This document shows positions 35,501 to 42,743 of a stretch of DNA of 64,000 bases, piece after piece. The notes under the pieces were generated by a model. That model was not told the DNA's origin, ran no database searches, and saw only the letters and a list, made by a program, of their open reading frames with translations. The stretch lies in IMG/VR virus record IMGVR_UViG_3300043447_000710, positions 1 through 64,000 of that record. One strand, 5' to 3'. Made by a program: the position numbers and the translations under genes. The stretch's first letter is position 1. Every line of letters starts with the position of its first letter. This stretch comes from a virus (lineage: Duplodnaviria; Caudoviricetes).

Positions 35501-37036
35501 AATCCCAGCATAAGCCACACCTATAGGCATCGAACCGCTGCCGTGTTTGTAAGTTCCTCCAAGCTGTAATAAAGAATTCGAGCCATCTGCTAAAGTTAAA
35601 GGGCTGCGATCTGGTAAATAATAAGCTCGTCTAGCTAGTTGCTGAGCGCCTGAAAAGTTAGCTTCGTGCGGCTGTAAATACGGAGACATTAATTGCTCGA
35701 TTAGATTTTTACGCCCGCCTTGAATCTGCTGTTTTAATAGCGCTTCATATCTACTTTGCAGCAGTAAGTTTCCTTGCCAACTAGAGGTAAGAATTGCTTG
35801 CTTTAAATTTGCAAAGGCGTCTACTCGCAACGAACGCCCGTTGATATCGGTAACTATTTGCGGATCTAAAAGTATCTGAGCTAGATTGCTAACTACTTTA
35901 GCGCCTACGCCCTGTCTTAAAGTATCGGTATTGCCTAACGGTCGCAGAACCTTATCGATGCCACTACTGTAAATATCTGCTAATCGAGCGGCACTTACTT
36001 GGGAATACTCTTGAGACCCAGATAAACTTAGAAATCTGGCTTTTAGCATTTCGCGAAAAGCCGTAACCTCTGCGCCCCGTTCTGCAAATGTATTGACATA
36101 GCTACTAAAAGTAGTATCAGCTCCGATTAACTTGCCTAAGAATTTGTCTATTTCTAAATATTGTTGGCTGCTACTATAGGTCTGCCGATCTTGAAGAAAC
36201 TGCCTAAATGCTAAGCTACGAGCTTGCTGTAGTAATATTGGCTGCTGCATTACGTAAGTGCGCACTATACCAACTGTAGTTTCAACCGCACTTTGCTCTG
36301 TCTTACCTAAGTAGCTAGCGCCAATATATCTATAGCTAGGTAGATCTAAAATGCCACCGCCTACAGTCGCTGCAAACTCGAATGTCTTGCTTTTACTTCT
36401 TAATAAATCTCTTTCTCCACTTTGAAGCAGTACTTCACCAGTACTTAAAATTTCGATATCTGGTACGCGCACGCTCAATCGCCCGTCCTTGGTTTGCGAG
36501 ATACTAATATCGATGTTGTAATCGTCTTTTAGCTGTCGTTGTAAAGAGTTCATCCCCTTAGCTAAAAAGGTAGGTTCTACAAAGGTACGACTGCGATCGC
36601 CAGATAATATAGTAGTTACGCTAGCCGATCGTTCGAGGTCGCCACTCATAACAAAACTAGCGTTAATAAAAATAGACTGAGGCTTGGCTAAATCCCCGGC
36701 TAAAGTTTGAGTTTGGGGTGCGCTCAAACCTATCGTCGGACTACCGTATAAGCCTTTAACATACCCGTAAGTATCGTCGCGAATAGAAGTGAGATTGAGA
36801 TTGCTGCTGGGAACTAGACTAGTTAATTTGCGCCCTAGATCCTGCTGGTCTACAAAAGGTTCGTAACTACCGTCTGTCGTATAACTTCCAGAAAGCCGGC
36901 TCTTAATAATATCGCTTAAAACGGACTCGTCGTTGACGCCTCTATAGCTGTCGTTAACACCATCGACAAACTCGCCAATCCGTAAAGACGTACGATTGAT
37001 AGATGTTGAAAATAAATCTAGGATCGGATCTGACAT
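26570..37036 (-). CDS. giant single-chain RNA polymerase with inserted DEDDh exonuclease (putative virion RNAP, possibly tape-measure fused)
   Basis: VLRAGGP..QGGDFDGD (30809-30826); beta-like RPGVENVKG (~34187-34213); FFDIETSG..GHNVREFD..HEALAD (~32100-32630); late-gene context. Confidence 0.75.
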   Translation of the reverse strand: MSDPILDLFSTSINRTSLRIGEFVDGVNDSYRGVNDESVLSDIIKSRLSGSYTTDGSYEPFVDQQDLGRKLTSLVPSSNLNLTSIRDDTYGYVKGLYGSPTIGLSAPQTQTLAGDLAKPQSIFINASFVMSGDLERSASVTTILSGDRSRTFVEPTFLAKGMNSLQRQLKDDYNIDISISQTKDGRLSVRVPDIEILSTGEVLLQSGERDLLRSKSKTFEFAATVGGGILDLPSYRYIGASYLGKTEQSAVETTVGIVRTYVMQQPILLQQARSLAFRQFLQDRQTYSSSQQYLEIDKFLGKLIGADTTFSSYVNTFAERGAEVTAFREMLKARFLSLSGSQEYSQVSAARLADIYSSGIDKVLRPLGNTDTLRQGVGAKVVSNLAQILLDPQIVTDINGRSLRVDAFANLKQAILTSSWQGNLLLQSRYEALLKQQIQGGRKNLIEQLMSPYLQPHEANFSGAQQLARRAYYLPDRSPLTLADGSNSLLQLGGTYKHGSGSMPIGVAYAGIAAQTSNLKIYDRRHHDSQLESMAAETTTFYDIATLFSGSKQLATTTLDKLGAELDGYKDKEDWLKELQQKLYLETSSQSILLVPYRKAEQIPQRLKNLTGTKPAIEYSSEFYKDLLQQNDLSKYYESVNGKLLNLRREEAISANVDTVLAPLQFAALQTAVANGEDPTTMARINDANPQAELRGFATNSKLKRVLIGTGLHQLSDFMHVNAKHQSYYGYEQYTKIQIESVSSYDAVGGKLHAANIASDRQRALLQKAFAPGRFIYYGEQELLHAKTLNAIDTYRNNVLQSYLDDSDLTAEQLWENKDVRKAVNLKVKDKFKFIRGISLSQEGAMKVTLQPGLYGFDDGGSFTQYGTFDGDSSRLYVALAPYADEKGAFTKAARAAIKISGRLRDVQEGVAVTNDILNFTELDGRLVGHVSYTILFNGAVRPGVENVKGPARFDESGIFDYYDRTLSGLGLSSRTANDNEIYSMAASASLKGFNYESGLDVLTTADTAQAFVQRLRTDKLATALFANYFTADLSSKSKDPVERLKLEAQSQKLKALLTTSFKKAGFEDSIGSSDVLTKNAGLFINNSGLFNLIDSKTGKYSSLGTLAPVAQLQETLVLALEAGDNRFIEKVVGLFTAAGKDAETIKGVRSFNQGSATVRAASVVSSLFGLSLQVLDSSRQQIATAPLLGSKLELNLIDRNTGLVNEEILFGQKHSQAAMDLLFKSKAEFRKSGSNALVKETEIYKLKEKYRAGNLTDRDRSGDVYQAIVARAADVYAASEASIPFQIGVRVAPSKIQQAAGSSDSANLEYHYSLALSKQQIDRMRGYVSDPNELTEVAAAYRLLVKFANTGGVESVNFISPFAGSQSVADYRMAIGGLKDTSQIHASLGVFGENNYFDTYARAVTSGDASALERLATTGKLLGETISFYSGSESLQLRERALALAGLFDRRRLDDSTGFSGRKNELGTKFVFFDIETSGLMDKRFPKSDPRYYPSDSISEIAFVFSDGQNRTEIAWQANKPGQFDSLNSALQEVTRLLSGSYRDAALVGHNVREFDIPTLTPEFAKLGLDLSTFRTIDTVNDVDRPKLKREIASTKHSLGNVYKASERVNLRDLARAGDENARALLASGDYGTYMAHEALADVNANIQVFEFLRDKDLFRTSESGTPLASGDVLFEGSRVSYFDAASGSEFYQQVKALATTIADNAGGAHIGWFIDRAGSQYLDLANQVSSKGDVVYEHALNLLKLSSSQSGSLRGGAARNLSALLDRYALESDIALESKIAGALGYNESSHIENLRAQALSFKKAEVGYRLSGDNTAADKAARIYDTLHTSRAILMPQLQALALDDGNYHVKFLESGVKGKALLGQSLLYLGNDILTQLPTEFENFVPRIIRHRRELDEILPNYFEVIEKIQKSDGTISSSEFEALKEVQRLAIVNRSLVDEALAGALAQRSFGEKTKTSGVSSTAVASYLLGGDELALGSRFTSALTQSALRRLGALEGKNYGKDTVLVLRAGGPSAASQLDQSYSVMSVNELNQAAKDMGTAVVLDSKRNATTVLLPIYGRFSSQGGDFDGDSYAVIGRYEKEIHSYVDLLEQKKERDLTRKHLQKRMSLYEEYFVPKYAKRLAEIEFKNERSKIAKANAIKESLVSSLEKLQKNEYVDADKLLHNIYTLENPEFLNKAVKLPESPAIVNFSPTIETISERTKSTSTLDSLNYFLGLTGEDLNKTHQLLIRRTSNSKQFAAAIRASSPFAKAIEFLDAFERRVKKDRTAATARMLQHSLMGMLDRSQDAVGAEFVTELVSKYSRIEPQHLTTSVIGKRLREAEAAFIAAASVKDSQEWQKVLEKNQHLVDSRTSEFILDSLKLAHAQSTIETLKANGGLELVTLPEISQAELEERSLGKRELATEKLTEVRNKHNGYIIGAEEVEFLKSQISEIDSYDKLTSKALADKKVAIGELLEQTEAIGKTAEAGMRRHVAAYTGIPLAFLSEEARVFSSARVYNAIEQHRGVLPGLEDLDKSVTNAGDLNLRTIESVAEFHRGVLKPIALKNDNSPEFLAAARTSLLAGIENYDGKVRTALRTTIENSSTEALLAYSHTELLDKTLMVTNSETALSGALAGIAKFVSNAGGTALSNKAFTALSMTIGAAGTNLIGEAYNAITLLGSKASVARALSEVYTNGRVQSTYAEADGDKFTSVMTSALERAFPAGGDWENSFEADKARQAKELLVQTFANPERLGAASFNRAQALTGMLANVQQSIRDSLKQKLDRGMLDSIMTERTYGDMTAYDLLTSEYTTDEERLPALRKFLGQDAGESIFHLPGETTQQRSKVTAFGALFLLNDYLGITSTGAAEKLIGLNGKGDGSYEFLRQRYERMQMLAKSTGDSKYAAMLEPDAFVAHSVIDLLAMSTAQRSAEVMAFKEVDFESFRNLAKASFVSDGSGGSVEGFTAKALQDVRLEYGLGDGLNERAINAAESLYFDPVTGADLLQTAEQRIAAAKQLGLDTDGSEASFNAIKANFWQRATTNFIYHNLKATGITAEDLVGMRETAAVIKHLRFDSIEGATEFRDFVNRSSLAIEGLLISSTRDQITDPRQRAVMSYEAGSQLFAAMHDVKERIESTYGKGVLDSDGGVPIETMRAYRQAEQVAGIFNNMLSDADSSIKAKASEMFAIAMAKGDGKTSGWQELSHFLGGVAQMRKSEDSLMFSASAQEAPSLDAVEFSENYSKAKEAGTVPEFLIAEGAKIAARSQEVKTAAITEANTKLDADAKTAKTSARHSMASAFLAPGLALFITSSQTDSNLTEHAYGAAQAVAQVAEMGEHRRWSSAALFQVDRLRQTVASEGKVFGTLKGVTSEILFESISRLSHRVAGSDIKAGGRSYLAELGTALLATVASSLTTDRRFGARGEAEEDYQVEALRQLPSLAIGTADAAIEDFLNSTSLPVDSETEVEYTATLKVGEDTLAGQFASGWLKANPFRDLDVEVEDFESA

Positions 37037-37056
37037 GATAGCAGCTATAGAAAGTC

Positions 37057-37770
37057 TTAGTTAGGAATTAAGGTAATAACGTCATCGAGAGATTTTCCTT
37101 CACTTAAAATATCGACTAGTAATTTTGCTTGTTGACATAATAAGAAGTCTTGGGCGAACCTAGAAGCGTTATTATTTCTGAAAGGTTTTATAGCGTTTTG
37201 CTTGTAATACCGATAGTCATTTAAAAGATGATCCCGGCCTAGTAATATCGGGCTGTCATTTCTAAATTTATTGGCTAGCAGCAAAGGATACCAATATTCA
37301 CTGTCGCTACAGCCAACTACTAAGATCTTCTGGCTGGTAATTTCAATCTGACACGTTTTCGTATAAGCTTTAGTACAGTAGAAATCTAGTCCTTGATAAG
37401 TCGTATATGTATATGCTATAAGCGTGTCATAGACAGGATTACCAGGATTGATAAACGTTAGCACAGGATCGATCTGCCCTAGATAACTGTTTAGTTTCGC
37501 CGGAATACCTAAGAGGCAAGCATAACCTATAGTTTTATTTTTTAAGTTTCTAGTGCGCTCGTTAACTAAAAAGTCTTTTATAAAAAGATTTTCTCTGTCT
37601 AATAGCTCTAGGTATTGATATTCTAAGGCTAACCAGCGTGACTGTAGGTGTGACGAGCTACTAGTTATTGCCGCTTTCAGCCAGTCTTTACGTCTGCTAT
37701 GATTGAGAATTCGATAGCTACAGACAGCAATTAAAGCCTTTTCAAAATGAGTTGCTTGGATCTTGGACAT
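37057..37770 (-). CDS. hypothetical protein
   Basis: ORF upstream of the giant gene; ATG 37770 preferred over TTG 37818. Confidence 0.6.
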   Translation of the reverse strand: MSKIQATHFEKALIAVCSYRILNHSRRKDWLKAAITSSSSHLQSRWLALEYQYLELLDRENLFIKDFLVNERTRNLKNKTIGYACLLGIPAKLNSYLGQIDPVLTFINPGNPVYDTLIAYTYTTYQGLDFYCTKAYTKTCQIEITSQKILVVGCSDSEYWYPLLLANKFRNDSPILLGRDHLLNDYRYYKQNAIKPFRNNNASRFAQDFLLCQQAKLLVDILSEGKSLDDVITLIPN

Positions 37771-37843
37771 ATGTTTGTGATGGCGCGTTACTAAAACTTT
37801 AGCTCTGCTAAGTTGCAAAGCGAGCAGAACTATCTATTTTTTT

Positions 37844-38650
37844 ATGCAAGACGTTTTAAAGATCGACCGGAGTATGTTAGCTACGGGTAAAACCGAAGTG
37901 GAAATCCGCGCTCCTAAATATTCAGATCTGCGTAAAGCCCGCAAACTGTTTCCTTACGACCGCCCAGACCGAGATCGACTGGGTTACATCCCAGAAGATC
38001 TGATGCTGGCTTCGCTGTTAGTAACGGTAAACGGCAAAGCAGTTGACGAAAGTACCGATCTAATAGACCGGTTGGCAGAACTCCCGTTAGCAGACAAGCA
38101 AGCTTTGTACGCTTTAGTTAACGAGACTTTCTACCTATCTAAAGAACGAGCTAATGTCGCTGCAGACAACGGCAAAGCCGCACGTTATGAAGCCTATGAG
38201 TTTCGTTCGATCCCTGCTAACGAAATGCCGAGTGGCAAAGAAGTTAAGTTTAATATGCCCAATACTGCGGCGCAAATTCAATGCGAGCAGAACTATCCAG
38301 GCTTAGATAAAAGCGGAGTAGGTCTAGAAGAGTATATGTTCGCTTACTGCTTGACAGGTAACGAAGGAGCTGATAAGTTAGCGGTTCTTGACGATTGGGA
38401 AATCGAAGACGTGCAGTATGCTGTCAATTACTATTTAGCCTGCGCTTCGATCGATGAAGATACTCGGGTCAACTTAAAAAAGACAGCCCGTACGCTAAAA
38501 CAGCAATTGCGCGCGAAGTCTATCTCCAAACCCTTACCAGTAGTTCGGGCTGTCAGTCCGAAACAACTAGAAATCCCACTGCAACAGACGACCAGAGAAG
38601 CAGAGGACGTAGCGGACTTGGAAGCTTTGCTGTCGAAGCCGAAGTCTTAG
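37844..38650 (+). CDS. tail assembly chaperone (gpG-like)
   Basis: two internal repeats (VEIRAPK..DL..LPLADKQAL / VKFNMPN..WEIEDVQY); contains the A_AAA_AAG slippery site. Confidence 0.65.
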   Translation: MQDVLKIDRSMLATGKTEVEIRAPKYSDLRKARKLFPYDRPDRDRLGYIPEDLMLASLLVTVNGKAVDESTDLIDRLAELPLADKQALYALVNETFYLSKERANVAADNGKAARYEAYEFRSIPANEMPSGKEVKFNMPNTAAQIQCEQNYPGLDKSGVGLEEYMFAYCLTGNEGADKLAVLDDWEIEDVQYAVNYYLACASIDEDTRVNLKKTARTLKQQLRAKSISKPLPVVRAVSPKQLEIPLQQTTREAEDVADLEALLSKPKS

Positions 38651-39063
38651 CTCTACTCTGGGGGCGGCTACTTTTTGATTTAGATTGGGACGTCAGAGCC
38701 GATCGTCAAGGATTCGCTAGTGATGAAGATTACTTGCAAGCAATTCTCGAACGCGATCGAATCATCGACAGCAGAAATAATGAAGTCTCTCAGGTCTACG
38801 ACCTTAAAGCCTACGTAACTGTCAATCAACTAGTCTCAATTTCTTTAGAAAGTTGGATCGGTAAAAATAGCTGGCAGCAAGCTCACGGTTACGGCGACGC
38901 GATTAAAACGGCTTTGCTGTCTGAAGTCAATGCTATCCTCGAAGCTAGAGATCGCGACCGTCGCGACCGCGAGCAAAAAGCTAAACTTGAAACTGCTAAG
39001 CTCTCTGGATCTAATGTCGAACTTCCCCACAAGCTTGGCGGCATTCAAAACTATCTAAGCTAA
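38482..39063 (+). CDS. tail assembly chaperone -1 frameshift extension (gpGT-like)
   Basis: the -1 frame is open from 38458 to 39063; A_AAA_AAG at 38476-38482; the 38734 TTG ORF is its tail. Confidence 0.6.
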   Translation, partial: DSPYAKTAIAREVYLQTLTSSSGCQSETTRNPTATDDQRSRGRSGLGSFAVEAEVLALLWGRLLFDLDWDVRADRQGFASDEDYLQAILERDRIIDSRNNEVSQVYDLKAYVTVNQLVSISLESWIGKNSWQQAHGYGDAIKTALLSEVNAILEARDRDRRDREQKAKLETAKLSGSNVELPHKLGGIQNYLS

Positions 39064-39066
39064 CAA

Positions 39067-40554
39067 ATGCTTTCTTCTTTAAACCCTAGTACTACAGTTA
39101 GAACAGACAAGAAGCGAATGCCGTACGCCCAGTTTAAGCAGTACGGCTGCAATAATCCGCAACCTCATGCAAATCGGGAAGCATTACGAGAGTATAAACG
39201 AGTTGCCGAGCGGGATCTAACGATACGAACTTGTTTTGATATTCTGCTCAAGACAATCATGGCGTCAGTAGACAGAGTAGTCCACGAAGATCCAGAAATC
39301 GCAGATCACTGTAATTATCAATTGGCTGCCTACGAAGACGAACACGGAACTAATTGGCAATCAATGCTTAGCAATCCAATCCACAGTTTGTGGGAAGGAG
39401 GCTTTAGTACTTCAGAGGTAATGTTATCTAAAGGAGACTTTAGCAGGATCTTACTTTCGGATTTAGTTACCTACGATCCTGTTAGCATCCAACTGTATCC
39501 AGACCCTCGCGGCCGGCTGATCGAATCAAAGTCTAGTTACTATAACAGTCGAATTCCGTCAGGGATTTACCAAACAATTCGTAACTACGATCCGACGATC
39601 GCAAACTTGATGGGTAGTTTGGGAAACAGTTACAGTACGTTAGGCATGATTAGGCTACCTAGAAAAAAGGTAGTTTATCTCAAGCAACACGGCCTTTACG
39701 GAAATCATTATGGCATCTCGTCTATCGCGCCCATCTACCGTTGGGTATTATTAAAAGAAGCTTTTATCGACATGATGTCGTCGGCTTTGGATCGTTATGG
39801 CAATCCGCTATTTTATATAGCCATGCCAGATTTGCCAACAGACCTAACCGAGACAGACGATGAAGGTATGGCTAGGGCGATTACTACTTTTGACACTCTC
39901 CGCTCGCAACTTCAAAATCTAGGTTCTCAAGGCAACGCTTTATTATTACCGTACGTTGATAAAGGAGTGCCGCCAAAAATAGGTCAAATCTCTCAGCCGC
40001 AAAACATAGGTTCTGTCTTTATCGATAGTATCGAATACTGCAACGCTCAAATTGCTTTAGAATTAGGAGTACCGACATTCTTTATCTTGTCTAGAAGCTC
40101 CTTAGAAACTAATAACAGAGCGATTCCAGAACACTTAATGACTAGTTTTTGGGCAAACATAGACGACTATCGATCGAAGATTGTTAATGCTATCTGTCGC
40201 CAGATCTTTGCTAAAGTCATCGATTACAACTTTGATAATCGCCCTACTGCCAAACGAGCGCCTACCTTTTCTAGAGTCTATTCAAATCGAGCTGAGGACA
40301 GAGTAGCTACGATGCAAGTAGTTCAAGGCTTGACTAAGGCCGGTGCGCTCAACCCTCAAGTTCAAACTGACTTTGACATCATGCGCCAAATGGTAGGTTT
40401 GCCTACTCGCGATATGAATGCTTCAGACCGCGATCTGTTTGAAAGACTATACGAAAGTAACGCCGGCGGCCGTCCGGTAGGCTCTACCAAACCGCAGCAA
40501 AAAGCCCGCGCTAAAACTAGCAATAAACCAACTGGTGACTTACCGATCGAATAA
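39067..40554 (+). CDS. portal protein (DUF935/Mu gp29-like)
   Basis: GNHYGISSIAPIYRWVLLK..ALDRYGNP and IEYCNAQIA..LG motifs; 495 aa. Confidence 0.8.
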   Translation: MLSSLNPSTTVRTDKKRMPYAQFKQYGCNNPQPHANREALREYKRVAERDLTIRTCFDILLKTIMASVDRVVHEDPEIADHCNYQLAAYEDEHGTNWQSMLSNPIHSLWEGGFSTSEVMLSKGDFSRILLSDLVTYDPVSIQLYPDPRGRLIESKSSYYNSRIPSGIYQTIRNYDPTIANLMGSLGNSYSTLGMIRLPRKKVVYLKQHGLYGNHYGISSIAPIYRWVLLKEAFIDMMSSALDRYGNPLFYIAMPDLPTDLTETDDEGMARAITTFDTLRSQLQNLGSQGNALLLPYVDKGVPPKIGQISQPQNIGSVFIDSIEYCNAQIALELGVPTFFILSRSSLETNNRAIPEHLMTSFWANIDDYRSKIVNAICRQIFAKVIDYNFDNRPTAKRAPTFSRVYSNRAEDRVATMQVVQGLTKAGALNPQVQTDFDIMRQMVGLPTRDMNASDRDLFERLYESNAGGRPVGSTKPQQKARAKTSNKPTGDLPIE

Positions 40555-41097
40555 AAAGTCTAGGCGCAGATCGGACTCTAAAACAGACTTCACGAATAGA
40601 AAGCAGTATTCGTTACTTGGAGTTCTAGACCAACCAGGCCGGATAAAACATTTGTCTTGTTCGCCTGGAATATCAACAATGTAACCTTCGCCTTTAACTT
40701 CTTTTAACGACCAGCCCCATCTACAGCCAAAGGCAAATACGTACTCTTCTATCAAAGCTAATTTTTGCACCCTAGTTTTTCGATCCTTTTGACAAATTAT
40801 TAAATTTAGTTCTGGAAATTTTGGGTCTAGGAATATATCAGTAATCGAGCGATATAAATCTATTTCCCACTGTAAGAACTGTAATGCTTGAGTTGAGTCT
40901 CTTATTTTAAAACGGCTATCGCGAATACAAAAAGATGCGTTCCATCGATCCACTATCGAACCATCGTCGATAGTCTTTGAAATAGCGGCAATCCCTGGCA
41001 TCCATTTACAAGTATCTAGGTCGTTAGCAGAAACGTAACAGCTTGATAGTCTACTTAAAGTTTCGTACGCACAAGCTAAATCTAAATTAAATTTCAT
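40540..41097 (-). CDS. hypothetical protein, antisense within the head operon
   Basis: 185-aa ORF exactly filling the gap. Confidence 0.55.
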   Translation of the reverse strand: MKFNLDLACAYETLSRLSSCYVSANDLDTCKWMPGIAAISKTIDDGSIVDRWNASFCIRDSRFKIRDSTQALQFLQWEIDLYRSITDIFLDPKFPELNLIICQKDRKTRVQKLALIEEYVFAFGCRWGWSLKEVKGEGYIVDIPGEQDKCFIRPGWSRTPSNEYCFLFVKSVLESDLRLDFLFDR

Positions 41098-41461
41098 GTC
41101 TAACCCTTTGCAATTATTATCTTTTCAAACTTTTAACGAATCCGGCTTTACCAATAACGTCGATCCGGAGGTAGAAGTTGCAAATCCTCCCTGGCAAAAT
41201 GTTAACGTTCCGGCAGTGAAACCGGCAGTGAAACCTACAACTAACGAGCCAGCGGCTATTGAGGTCAGCCCCGTGCAGATAAAAGCCAAGCAGCCAGAAT
41301 TAACAGATGGTAAAACTAAAGGTTTGGCTAATGCTTGTGGTAACTGCGCTTTGGCTTACAACTTTCCAAATCTAGTATGTGCTGTTACTAATGAATCTAC
41401 GCAAGTATTAAATACTTGTGACTCTTACCTAAGCCCATTAGATTTACTCAAAGCGCGTTAG
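41096..41461 (+). CDS. hypothetical protein with C-terminal 4-Cys motif
   Basis: CGNC-x10-C-x12-C. Confidence 0.55.
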   Translation: MSNPLQLLSFQTFNESGFTNNVDPEVEVANPPWQNVNVPAVKPAVKPTTNEPAAIEVSPVQIKAKQPELTDGKTKGLANACGNCALAYNFPNLVCAVTNESTQVLNTCDSYLSPLDLLKAR

Positions 41462-41526
41462 TACTACTTATCTACGATTTATCTTCAATACCAGAAATAT
41501 GCCAGCTCTGGCGTAACTACTTTTGT

Positions 41527-42741
41527 ATGCAAGAAAGCCTAGCAACTTTAGACGAACTAGATCTAGAGAGCGAAGAACCAGAAACTAAACCAATCGCGTA
41601 TGTAAAACCTCAGGCTCCTACGGCTTTAAACGTTGACTTTAGCACGTTTAAGACCAAGCAAGCTTTTGGCGCACTTTTAGTTCCTCATTTTCCTTTCGGT
41701 ACTTGGGAACATCCTTGGTACGGAGAGATGGTATTCGATGAAGCAGTAGCTAAAACAGCTATAGCCAACTTCGAACTAGGAGTCTGCGCCTACGATCCCG
41801 GTCTGTTTGTCGGCCATGTCAATATCGGCGCTAGGCCTGCAGTCGGCTTCTTAGAAAAGATGCTGATTCATGACAATTGCCTGTGGGGACTATACGCCGC
41901 TGTAGATGAAAAAACATATATGGCGGTAAAAAGGCAGCAGTATCGCTACTCCTCAATGGAGATCGATATGAACTACCACAATCCTCGAACCAGGAAAGAC
42001 TATGGACCTACGATAGTAGGCTGTGCGCTAACAAACGAACCGTTTCTTACAGAGATGCCTGACGTCAGAGCTTTTTCTCTAGGCAGAGAAGAGTCAAATC
42101 GCCGGTCTTTCTCCGTAATGTTGGGTTCAGATCTCGCAATAGAAATTCCAACTATAGAAGTACCAGAGCTACCAGAAGTTTTCTCTAAACCAATAGATAT
42201 GCCAGAAGAAAATCAAACTCCCGTAGCGGTTACGCCAGAACCGACGCCAGAACCTGTTTTAGCAACTTTACCTCAAGCTTCGTTAACTCAGTCTTTAAGC
42301 TCTACTAGTACTATTGAAGTTACTATCAAAGCTTTAGCAGCAGAACTGGCTGAAGTTAAAGCCGAGAATAAAGAGCTAAAGAATAAAATGCTCTCGATTA
42401 CGGACGAGCACGACAAGTTGGTAGAACAGCAAAAACGCGAGCGACAAGAGCGTCGCTTGTCTATTGTTTCCCAGGCCGCATTGAGCGTTGGTGCAAAGAC
42501 AGCTTTTGAGACGGCTCTTAAAGCCCCAGGTCTTGGAGAAGAAGCTGCGGACGAACTAATCGCTCAGGTTAAAGCTTTGTCTGTAGAAGAAGAGCGGACT
42601 TATCTGCAACAGCACGGCACTGAAACTCCTGCAGCAGATTCGGCTCCAGTAGCAACTAGCCCTGAGCCTACCAAGCAGTTTGCTTACGCTAAATATCTCG
42701 AACAATGTCAGGCTAAACAAGCTACTCTCTCGCGTAAATAA
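41527..42741 (+). CDS. prohead protease/scaffold (Mu gpI-like)
   Basis: GTWEHPWYG, GH, YRYSSME and GCALTNEPF motifs plus C-terminal coiled coil. Confidence 0.8.
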   Translation: MQESLATLDELDLESEEPETKPIAYVKPQAPTALNVDFSTFKTKQAFGALLVPHFPFGTWEHPWYGEMVFDEAVAKTAIANFELGVCAYDPGLFVGHVNIGARPAVGFLEKMLIHDNCLWGLYAAVDEKTYMAVKRQQYRYSSMEIDMNYHNPRTRKDYGPTIVGCALTNEPFLTEMPDVRAFSLGREESNRRSFSVMLGSDLAIEIPTIEVPELPEVFSKPIDMPEENQTPVAVTPEPTPEPVLATLPQASLTQSLSSTSTIEVTIKALAAELAEVKAENKELKNKMLSITDEHDKLVEQQKRERQERRLSIVSQAALSVGAKTAFETALKAPGLGEEAADELIAQVKALSVEEERTYLQQHGTETPAADSAPVATSPEPTKQFAYAKYLEQCQAKQATLSRK

Positions 42742-42743
42742 TC

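Noticed and set aside
26570-37036. DNA polymerase call based on the exonuclease domain
   Set aside because: No PolA/PolB/PolC polymerase motifs recognised; DFDGD preceded by R..P fits a two-barrel RNAP
41335-41430. HiPIP iron-sulfur protein
   Set aside because: The Cys spacing is only loosely similar and there is no Tat signal; left as a 4-Cys hypothetical
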